Assembly: GCA_965662845.1 (NCBI GenBank)
Contig: CBFIJD010000053.1
Span: forward strand, 1 to 17,071
DNA: 17,071 nt
Reading direction: 5' to 3'
Source of the DNA: an uncultured bacterium
GTDB lineage: Bacteria > SAR324 > NAC60-12
The notes under the pieces are model-generated. The model was not told the origin of the DNA, made no database searches, and saw only the letters and a list, made by a program, of their open reading frames with translations. The position numbers and the translations under genes were made by a program. Shown piece after piece: positions 6,114-13,256 of this stretch (positions are counted from its first letter, which is position 1; each line of letters begins with the position of its first letter).

Positions 6114-8298
6114 ACGATACGGATCTCGACGACGACCGGTTGTCGAACGAGTAGACCCGCTTGACACGCTAGGAGAGACTCTCACAGACGTTGTGCTGGA
6201 GATGTCTCCCATGGCGAACATCGCTCGCGGATTGCTGTACGAGGATGAGTACCCCGTCACCCCGTTCGCCAGCCCACGAGACCGGGCGATGAACCTTTTG
6301 GAGGAGCCGGAATACCAGCGCTACATGGATAACGTCGCCAGTGCAGGCATGGGCGCGACGGTAAAGCCGGTCAGAGCCCCTGAGCTAGGTGGGCGGTTTG
6401 GTGACGTCCCCATTTTCAACCCGTCTGAGCATGTTGGCAAAACCATCGCTCCGATTGAGGCGGACTTGACGGCAGGGAGTCGGTATTTCACGGGGGTTGG
6501 CAGCTCTAAAATTGATGAACCAGAACCGTTGCTTGGCGGCCCTGAATACGTAGTGCAGGAAGGCCGAGTTGCCCAGACAGTAGACCCGCAGAAGAGGGCA
6601 AGGATTGCAGCCGCACAGACCAGAGAATTACCCTTCCCTACCTTCCTGCAGGAGGCGGGGGCCCCTCGCAAACCTGCGGAGGCAATCTGGGCGGCACGCA
6701 AACCAGACTTAGTCGGAGGCCAAGGAAAACAAGCAGACTACATCACAGTCCATGCAATGAACCCTGACAGCCATCAGTCCAACCAGTCTGTGATGAATGC
6801 CACACTGAAACAGTTGGCAGCGTATGTGCGGGACAATCGGTTGACGGCTGAACAGGTAAAAGAATTAGACACCTTGATCCAAAAGAAAGTCCCTGAGTTC
6901 CCGGGGCTGCAAGACCCTGATGTGTTTAGGATTACTGACCAGCTAAGTTTTGATAAACGTGCAGAAATCTTGAAAACCCTGCAGACCCCAAAGGCGACAG
7001 ATGCTGGGGCTCCTGCTGCACAGATTGTGCGGGAAACGCTTAGTGATGAATTTGCAGGGGCACAGAGGCACCAGCCCATGTTGGTGATGAAGCCGCATCG
7101 TGACGCAAATGGGAATCTGATCCCTTTGGAGATGGGGAAAGAAATTCCGGGAGAACACCCATCGTACAATCAAGCCTTTGCAGGTGAAGTCGTAGGGCGG
7201 TTTGCTGCCCCCGTCAAATCAGAGACGTTGTACCCTGAGTTTTATGGGTCTCGGCGGACTGCAGGGATGCCAGAGAAAGATATCAATTATGTGTTTGGTT
7301 CAAGAGAGTACCCTCTGCAAATAATCACGCCAGAAATTGCGTCTTCAATCCGTTCCCAACCTTTTGAGTTTATTCAATCCCCAAGGCAGGCGCGCCTAGC
7401 GACAGACGCAGGTCTGGGAAACTGGAAGGTAATGAGTGGCAAGCAGACCAAAGGGGCTGCAGACTATAACCGTGAGCTTAGGCTGTCCCCTGCGTCTTCT
7501 ACCTTGTCTCAGTATGACATCAAGGATCTGAACAAAATGATCCGATCTGGCAAGATGTCTTTGTATTCTCTGGGGGAAAACGGGAAGATCGGGTTCGGGC
7601 TCAAACAAGAGACAAATTACAACAATGAGTATGGGTTAAATAACCCGCTACTTGCAAACGATGACGTTGCCATTGTCAGCGTTTTCAATAATGAAAAAGG
7701 CGCCAGAGGCGTCGCAGGCCCGGGGACGATGCTGGAAGCCCTACGGCAGGGGGGGAATGTCCTTGATGCCTTTTCTGTCCCAACGGCAAAGAACCCCGAC
7801 GGGTTCTTGCCAAGAACCTATAGCCGGTTTGGCTTTGAAGTAGTTGAAAGAATCCCGTTCAACAAGGAATTCTATACTAAACAAGAGGTTGATGACCTGA
7901 TAAACTATTGGAAAAGCACAGGCTGGGATGAATCCCAAGGGATGCCTGAGATTGTTGTAATGAAATACACCGGAGATCCAGATGTTAGACAAAACCCAGT
8001 CAGAACTTTTTTTGAACAGGGTCAAATCGGTTCTGCAGGAAGAATTGAAGGGGTCGACACAAGTGCAGCGGAAAGTTTTATTGTCGGGGCTGGACGATCT
8101 TCTCCAGACACGGTCACCCGACCAAATAACCGACTTGATGATCCAAGGAGAGTGGGACGTGGCGACACACCTGCATCCCGTGGACGGTTCCCTGGCCTAT
8201 TAGATGAGATTGCGTCTCTAAGCCCTAGAGACGCATTCAACCTAGACATCCCCTCTCCTGACATTTCGTCTCTCCGCTCCCTTCTTTTTGACCCTTAA
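6106..8298 (+). CDS. Shared-leader protein 2: unknown central domain plus GNAT-like acetyltransferase domain
   Basis: 730 aa. IVSVFNNEKGARGVAG...ALRQGGNVLDAF...GFLPRTYSRFGFEVV resembles GNAT motifs A and B. The N-terminus is paralogous to that of the previous gene. Confidence 0.65.
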   Translation: MSRRYGSRRRPVVERVDPLDTLGETLTDVVLEMSPMANIARGLLYEDEYPVTPFASPRDRAMNLLEEPEYQRYMDNVASAGMGATVKPVRAPELGGRFGDVPIFNPSEHVGKTIAPIEADLTAGSRYFTGVGSSKIDEPEPLLGGPEYVVQEGRVAQTVDPQKRARIAAAQTRELPFPTFLQEAGAPRKPAEAIWAARKPDLVGGQGKQADYITVHAMNPDSHQSNQSVMNATLKQLAAYVRDNRLTAEQVKELDTLIQKKVPEFPGLQDPDVFRITDQLSFDKRAEILKTLQTPKATDAGAPAAQIVRETLSDEFAGAQRHQPMLVMKPHRDANGNLIPLEMGKEIPGEHPSYNQAFAGEVVGRFAAPVKSETLYPEFYGSRRTAGMPEKDINYVFGSREYPLQIITPEIASSIRSQPFEFIQSPRQARLATDAGLGNWKVMSGKQTKGAADYNRELRLSPASSTLSQYDIKDLNKMIRSGKMSLYSLGENGKIGFGLKQETNYNNEYGLNNPLLANDDVAIVSVFNNEKGARGVAGPGTMLEALRQGGNVLDAFSVPTAKNPDGFLPRTYSRFGFEVVERIPFNKEFYTKQEVDDLINYWKSTGWDESQGMPEIVVMKYTGDPDVRQNPVRTFFEQGQIGSAGRIEGVDTSAAESFIVGAGRSSPDTVTRPNNRLDDPRRVGRGDTPASRGRFPGLLDEIASLSPRDAFNLDIPSPDISSLRSLLFDP
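6232..6318 (+). repeat. Coding repeat copy B (LLYEDEYPVTPFASPRDRAMNLLEEPEYQ)
   Basis: Paralogous to 4818-4904. Confidence 0.95.
7982..8203 (+). CDS. Nested out-of-frame 73-aa helical protein (candidate immunity/partner protein)
   Basis: GGAG at 7972-7975, 6 nt before the ATG. The sequence is L/E/K/Q-rich and amphipathic, while the host frame here is G/R/D/S/P-rich and disorder-like. Confidence 0.5.
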   Translation: MLDKTQSELFLNRVKSVLQEELKGSTQVQRKVLLSGLDDLLQTRSPDQITDLMIQGEWDVATHLHPVDGSLAY

Positions 8299-8302
8299 AA
8301 AG

Positions 8303-8323
8303 TAACTCAAATTATTCGGATTA
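8303..8323. promoter_or_regulatory. Conserved intergenic motif, copy 2
   Basis: TAACTCAAATTATTCGGATTA fits TAAYYYRRA-TWA-YYYRRATTA and ends 2 nt before ATG 8326. Confidence 0.5.
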
Positions 8324-8325
8324 TT

Positions 8326-8424
8326 ATGCCCAACGTCCTCACCTTCAAACCCTGCCGGTCGTGCCCGAACCCCAAAGTCTGCGCCAAAGTTGGGCGCTGT
8401 GTAAAACAAAAGCGGGGGTACTAA
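8326..8424 (+). CDS. 32-aa basic four-cysteine microprotein
   Basis: MPNVLTFKPCRSCPNPKVCAKVGRCVKQKRGY*. It fills the intergenic gap and ends 2 nt before the next ATG. Confidence 0.65.
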   Translation: MPNVLTFKPCRSCPNPKVCAKVGRCVKQKRGY

Positions 8425-8426
8425 CG

Positions 8427-8675
8427 ATGCCAGACACAACTCTCCAGATCGCTGAATCCGCGAAGAAGGTGTTGGCAGAGGCCTCCCTGAAGGAGGCTTT
8501 TGAAAAGCAAAAAGCTGACCTGCTCCAGCAGTGGGTCGCAGCAGAGACCACAGACGCACGAGAGCGCTGCTGGTACGCCTACCACGCGGTGTTGAACCTA
8601 CAGACGGAGCTGCACGCGCAAATCCAACGTGGGATCCGACGCCAAAAACAAATCTCTAAACAGGAAGCCAAATGA
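8427..8675 (+). CDS. Small helical hypothetical protein upstream of the scaffold gene (82 aa)
   Basis: MPDTTLQIAESAKKVL...WVAAETTDARERCW. G-rich RBS at 8414-8418 and ATGA overlap with the scaffold gene. Confidence 0.8.
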   Translation: MPDTTLQIAESAKKVLAEASLKEAFEKQKADLLQQWVAAETTDARERCWYAYHAVLNLQTELHAQIQRGIRRQKQISKQEAK

Positions 8676-9664
8676 GCGAGAACCCGGACTCCGCGCAGGT
8701 CACCCCTGCAGACGGAACACCCGAAACCCCAGACATGCAGGTCGCTAGTCAGTTCGATGAGATGATGGGGACGACCCCTGACCCAGAGGAACTTGACGAG
8801 ACGGAACTTGAAGAGGACGACGACGAGGCCTATGACGAGGCCGATGACGAGGCCCAAGAAGAAGAAACCGAAGAAGGCGAGCCCTCCGAGCATCTCTATA
8901 AAATTACGGTTGACGGAGAAGAGGTCGAGGTCACTCTGGAGGAATTGCAAAAGGGGTACAGCCGCCAGAGCGACTACACCAAAAAAACCCAGCAGCTCGC
9001 CCAGCAGAGGAAGGAAGCCGCCGCACTTCAGCAGGCGTATGCGCAGAGGGTGCAGGAGCTGAATCAGTTCGCCCAGCAGATCCAGCAGCAGCCTGAGATT
9101 CCAGAGCCCGCGTGGACGTCAGATCCACAGGCATGGGAGCGGCTACGACACGAGGACCCTGTGCAGTTTGTGCTGGAGAAAGACGCAGCGAAAGACCGCG
9201 CGCAGCAGCGTGCTCACCGCGCTCAGCAACTGCAGGCTTTGCAACAGGAGCAGGCGCAGATTCAACAGCAGCAGTTCGCCCAGCACCTCTCCGGGCAGCG
9301 TCAGGTGCTCAATGAGCTGATCCCCGCGTGGTCAAATCCGGAGACCGCAAAAGCCGAGAAGAAAGAACTCCGAAAGTGGGCGGCTGAGACCTACAACCTG
9401 AGCGAGAAGGACTTGTCTCAGGCGTATGACGCCAGACTCGTGAAGTTGTTATATGATGCGTGGCAAGCGAATCAGAGCACCTCGCAGGCAGAGAAGAAAT
9501 TGAAGCGATCCCCTGAATCGACAGTCCGCACTGCACCGAAACGGGGGAGAAACACCACACCCAGTGACACAGGCGCATCACGATTGAAAAAATCAATGCA
9601 GAGCCTGAAGAAGACTGGGAAAAACGCCGACGCAGTCGCAGTGTTTGACGCCCTCCTGAAATAA
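8672..9664 (+). CDS. Capsid scaffolding protein
   Basis: Acidic N-terminus, signature YKITVDGEEVEVTLEELQKGYSRQSDYTKKTQ, coiled coil, and position immediately before the capsid gene. Confidence 0.88.
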   Translation: MSENPDSAQVTPADGTPETPDMQVASQFDEMMGTTPDPEELDETELEEDDDEAYDEADDEAQEEETEEGEPSEHLYKITVDGEEVEVTLEELQKGYSRQSDYTKKTQQLAQQRKEAAALQQAYAQRVQELNQFAQQIQQQPEIPEPAWTSDPQAWERLRHEDPVQFVLEKDAAKDRAQQRAHRAQQLQALQQEQAQIQQQQFAQHLSGQRQVLNELIPAWSNPETAKAEKKELRKWAAETYNLSEKDLSQAYDARLVKLLYDAWQANQSTSQAEKKLKRSPESTVRTAPKRGRNTTPSDTGASRLKKSMQSLKKTGKNADAVAVFDALLK

Positions 9665-9686
9665 AAAGCTGGGCTATTTTTTTTGC

Positions 9687-9714
9687 TTAATTCAGATAAT
9701 CCAAATTATAGGAG
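9687..9714. promoter_or_regulatory. Conserved intergenic motif, copy 3, ending in the capsid RBS (AGGAG)
   Basis: TTAATTCAGATAATCCAAATTATAGGAG, 8 nt before the capsid ATG. Confidence 0.6.
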
Positions 9715-9722
9715 TAACTACT

Positions 9723-10703
9723 ATGGCTTTGCTCACCAACGCCTCGACTTCCTACAACGTGAAGGCCGCAGGCACCGAAGAAGATGTCATCGACATCAAA
9801 GAAATTGTCTACAATATCAGCCCGACCGAGACCCCGTTTGTGAACTCTGTGGGGACTCGGAACGTGACGAATACCATCTTTGAGTGGATCACTGAGGAGT
9901 TGTCCGACGTCTCCACGACCACAGACCTCGAAGGAGACGAGATCAGCGCCGCAGCAGCGTCTCTGACCACACGGAACAGCAACGTCTGCCAGATCATGAG
10001 CCGAGCGGTCGCGGTCACTGGCACGCAGGCGTCGATCAAACTCTACGGGAAGACCAGCCAAATGGCCCACCAAATGGCCCGTCGGACCAAGGAACTCAAA
10101 AGATCCGTGGAATCGGCCCTCCTAAGTAACCAGGCCCGCAACGACGGGGACGGAACCACAGCCCGAACCTCAGGGATGATCGGGTGCTGGCTCAAGACGA
10201 ACACCTCCTTTGACGCGACCACCGGTGCAGGTCTGACGGCAGGAGCCGACCCCGTGACTGTGGGCTCCACCGCACGCACAGACTCCTCCACCGACCGCGC
10301 GCTGGACGCAGCTCTGATCAACTCAGTGATGCAGTCGTGTTACACAGAAGGTGGGGAACCCGACCGCCTGATGGTTGGCCCTTACAACAAAACCGTGGTC
10401 TCGACTCTGACGGGTCGCTCCATCGCACGCGAGATGATTGACAGCAACACCGCAGGTTCAAACGTCACCGTGTTCGCCACGGATTTCGGCGACCTGCAGG
10501 TGATGCCGAACCGCTTCCAACGCGAGAGAGACGCCTTCCTGATCTCCCCAGAGTACGCGAAGGTTTCGTACCTGAGAAACTTCCAAGTGAGCACGCTCGG
10601 AAAAACATCGGACGCGGAGACGAAATATGTCGTCGTGGAGATGGGTCTGGAGATGACTCAGGAAGCTGCACACGGCGGGATTTTCGACCTTGAGACGTCC
10701 TAA
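9723..10703 (+). CDS. Major capsid protein (DUF5309/SU10-like, HK97 fold)
   Basis: YNISPTETPF, FEWITEEL, NVCQIMSRAVAVTGT, KELKRSVE, TDFGDLQVMPNRFQ. Strong RBS and position after the scaffold gene. Confidence 0.92.
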   Translation: MALLTNASTSYNVKAAGTEEDVIDIKEIVYNISPTETPFVNSVGTRNVTNTIFEWITEELSDVSTTTDLEGDEISAAAASLTTRNSNVCQIMSRAVAVTGTQASIKLYGKTSQMAHQMARRTKELKRSVESALLSNQARNDGDGTTARTSGMIGCWLKTNTSFDATTGAGLTAGADPVTVGSTARTDSSTDRALDAALINSVMQSCYTEGGEPDRLMVGPYNKTVVSTLTGRSIAREMIDSNTAGSNVTVFATDFGDLQVMPNRFQRERDAFLISPEYAKVSYLRNFQVSTLGKTSDAETKYVVVEMGLEMTQEAAHGGIFDLETS

Positions 10704-10729
10704 CCACTCACGATCTGCAGAGAGAGAAC

Positions 10730-11056
10730 ATGCTGACGAAACAGATCCTCGACCACCGAGGGCACATTATGAGCGAGTTTATCGTTGACGAGCGGTCCCC
10801 TCATGATCTGCAGATCACTCACCGTGTCACGCAGGACATCGAGCCGACATTGAAGTTAGCGGCGACCCTGCGTGACCACCAGAATCTTGACCCCTTTGCG
10901 AACCGGCAGACGGGATGGAAGCGAGTCGCGGAGATCCCCCGCGTCCTTTACGACCAGCTCGCCCAGCAGGGCATCACACGAGATAAGAAGAAGTTCCGAG
11001 CGTGGTTGAACGACTACCAAAACAGACCGTTCAGAGTCTGGGAGGGTAGACTATGA
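10730..11056 (+). CDS. Conserved phage protein following the capsid gene, function unknown
   Basis: QDIEP...WKRVAEIP...WLNDYQNRPFRVWEGRL is a pattern I recognise from podovirus head clusters. ATGA-coupled to the adaptor gene. Confidence 0.75.
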   Translation: MLTKQILDHRGHIMSEFIVDERSPHDLQITHRVTQDIEPTLKLAATLRDHQNLDPFANRQTGWKRVAEIPRVLYDQLAQQGITRDKKKFRAWLNDYQNRPFRVWEGRL

Positions 11057-11673
11057 ACTACACGGAGCTGCAAACCAACATCACCGACTGGCTCAACCGC
11101 AGTGACCTCTCGGCGATCACTCCGACCTTCATCGCTCTCGCAGAGGCCCGCTTGAACCGCCAGCTGCGGACGACGAACCAGTACCAGCGCGCTGATGTCA
11201 GCACTCCCGACCAGTACCTGACGATGCCTGGAGATTTCTTGGAGATGAAAACTCTACGAGTCATCTCTCCTGTAGAGCGGGAGTTAGTTGAGATCGCTGC
11301 TCATCAAATCAACGAATACTCGAGCACGGATGCGGTCGCCTCCTATTCTGACGGCTACCCTCGGTTTTACGTTTACGGGAACGCCCTTCGGGTGATCCCC
11401 ACACCGTCAGAGGCGATCACCTATGAGATGTTCTACTACGGGAGAATCCCGCCTTTGAGCGCCCAGAACCCTACGAACTGGCTGCTCGACGCTCACCCTG
11501 ATGCCTATCTGTACTATTCGTTATTGCAGGCCGCGCCTTACCTCGGAGAGGACGAACGCCTCGGAGTCTGGCAGTCTCAGGCAGACCGAGCGGTCGCAGA
11601 GATTCAGGCATCCGACGACCGCAGGAGAGTCCGGGGTTCCCGCCATAAACTGAATTTTCAGGCGTTCTCATGA
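11053..11673 (+). CDS. Head-tail adaptor protein
   Basis: MNYTELQTNITDWLNRSDL...FIALAEARLNRQLR...NWLLDAHPDAYLYYSLLQAAPYL is typical of SU10-like adaptors. Confidence 0.85.
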   Translation: MNYTELQTNITDWLNRSDLSAITPTFIALAEARLNRQLRTTNQYQRADVSTPDQYLTMPGDFLEMKTLRVISPVERELVEIAAHQINEYSSTDAVASYSDGYPRFYVYGNALRVIPTPSEAITYEMFYYGRIPPLSAQNPTNWLLDAHPDAYLYYSLLQAAPYLGEDERLGVWQSQADRAVAEIQASDDRRRVRGSRHKLNFQAFS

Positions 11674-11858
11674 GCAACCTGACGTACCGCCGATTTCCTT
11701 ACGGGCTCGGACGCTACTCCGTCGGCCCGTTCACCGAGGGATACACCGCAGCGGAGGACTCCTCCGCGGCCTCAGAGAACTGGACGACTCGAAGCGACCT
11801 GAGCACAGAGGACTGGACCAAGCGCACAGACACAACCCCTGAGACGTGGAGACGATAA
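11670..11858 (+). CDS. Small putative tail-associated protein (62 aa)
   Basis: YGLGRYS motif and three Trp-anchored units with an 11-aa period (ENWTT/EDWTK/ETWRR). Tightly packed between its neighbours. Confidence 0.65.
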   Translation: MSNLTYRRFPYGLGRYSVGPFTEGYTAAEDSSAASENWTTRSDLSTEDWTKRTDTTPETWRR

Positions 11859-11859
11859 A

Positions 11860-12237
11860 ATGCCGACGACGACCGCCTACAACATCACGCTCCCGGAAGT
11901 GGGCGCTGGCCGCAACACCTGGGGGAACACCCTAAACGCCGCGCTCGAAACCATCGCGTCGAATGTCAAAACCGTAGACGACCGACTCGGGCTCCCTAAC
12001 GACAGCCAGACCCCTTCGCTTGCGAACCAGATGGATGCCGCCGTCACAAACGCGAGCGCTGCGGCTGCTGACGCAAACGAGGCTGTGACCATCGCCACTA
12101 AAATTGTGAATAACTACCTGATACAGGTGGTCTCCCGGATCAGCTCCTTAGAGAGCACGGTCTCCAGCGTTGAGAGCTTGGCGACGAGCGCAGCTGCCGA
12201 CGCTCTCTCTGCGAAAAACACAGCCGCGAGCCTCTGA
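11860..12237 (+). CDS. Short tail-fibre-like protein (anchor motif plus coiled coil)
   Basis: N-terminal YNITLPEVGAGRNTWGNTLN followed by Ala/Ser-rich heptads. Confidence 0.7.
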   Translation: MPTTTAYNITLPEVGAGRNTWGNTLNAALETIASNVKTVDDRLGLPNDSQTPSLANQMDAAVTNASAAAADANEAVTIATKIVNNYLIQVVSRISSLESTVSSVESLATSAAADALSAKNTAASL

Positions 12238-13256
12238 TGCCTAGCGCGTCCCTCTACTACTCCGACCTGCAGATCCCCTCCGTGGGCGACGACGCCAGCA
12301 CGTACGGGAACATTATCAACACGTACCTCGACGAGCTGCTGACCAAACTGCTGGAATTGGAACAACGAGTCGCCGCTGCGAGCGCACAGCTAGGGCTCGT
12401 GAACAACGCAGTGAACGACGTGAACCGCATGGATAATAGCCTCGCCACGGCGGTCAGTGGGCAACCGATCCTCAGCGGGACGACATTGTCGCTGCTCACA
12501 GACCCGCTCCCTAACTATACACTCGCGAGCACATGGCCTGCGTACAGTGACCTCCTCATAGCCATCCCTCTTCCGACCACCCCTCAGCAGGTTGCGGAAT
12601 TCAGATACCAAGCCTTCATGACCCGGATGCTAAATCTAATGTCGTTACTGAGCCAACGCCTTGAGGTCGCAGAAAACGACATTTTGGAGGCACGCAAAAA
12701 CACCTGCCGAGCGGCGGCGTATATTGATGCGTATGACCCAAACCCCGTTTTGACTACTTATGAAGTGCTCCCACCGGTGCAGTCCGCTTTCATCGCCAAC
12801 ACGGTTACCCCCACAACAATGGTTTTGAGCCCTCACCCAATAGTCGCAACCACCGGGGACATTGTTGGCGGGAACCGATTGTTAGTAGGCAGCAACACAA
12901 ATGTGTATGAGGGTGCAGGGGGGGAACAAAAATTCAGCGTCAATCAGGAGGTTCTGTTGGTTGAACTACAGGCGTGGCCTCGGAGTTTTGTTCAAGGCAC
13001 GCTCGGCCCGCCGATCCCAATGATCCGCCTAGACTCTGTGACCGTGGGGGGTGACGGTGGGCTGACGTTATCCGGTAGTTTTAACCTCTCGCAAGTGGTT
13101 CCGATTTTACAGGCGAACGATTCAACGCAGACGTCAGGGTTAGACATCCTCGTCTATGTCTCCCGTAGAGTCGTCCGCGAGGCGCCGAAGTATGTCGACC
13201 TCTCCCCCTGTGACCAGATTACGAAATCCACCCCGTTTACCCGGTACTTCCCATGA
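12237..13256 (+). CDS. Tail fibre/spike-like protein
   Basis: N-terminal LQIPSVGDDASTYGNIIN, a coiled coil, then a beta-rich C-terminal region. TGATG coupling to the previous gene. Confidence 0.65.
   Translation: MPSASLYYSDLQIPSVGDDASTYGNIINTYLDELLTKLLELEQRVAAASAQLGLVNNAVNDVNRMDNSLATAVSGQPILSGTTLSLLTDPLPNYTLASTWPAYSDLLIAIPLPTTPQQVAEFRYQAFMTRMLNLMSLLSQRLEVAENDILEARKNTCRAAAYIDAYDPNPVLTTYEVLPPVQSAFIANTVTPTTMVLSPHPIVATTGDIVGGNRLLVGSNTNVYEGAGGEQKFSVNQEVLLVELQAWPRSFVQGTLGPPIPMIRLDSVTVGGDGGLTLSGSFNLSQVVPILQANDSTQTSGLDILVYVSRRVVREAPKYVDLSPCDQITKSTPFTRYFP

Noticed and set aside
7633..7646. Inverted repeat GGGTTA-AA-TAACCC resembling part of the intergenic motif
   Set aside because: It lies inside a CDS and does not fit the 21-bp consensus, so it is probably chance.
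9663..9684. Possible intrinsic terminator before the capsid gene (AAAAAGCTGGGCTATTTTTTTT)
   Set aside because: There is a T-tract, but the stem is only about 3 bp.
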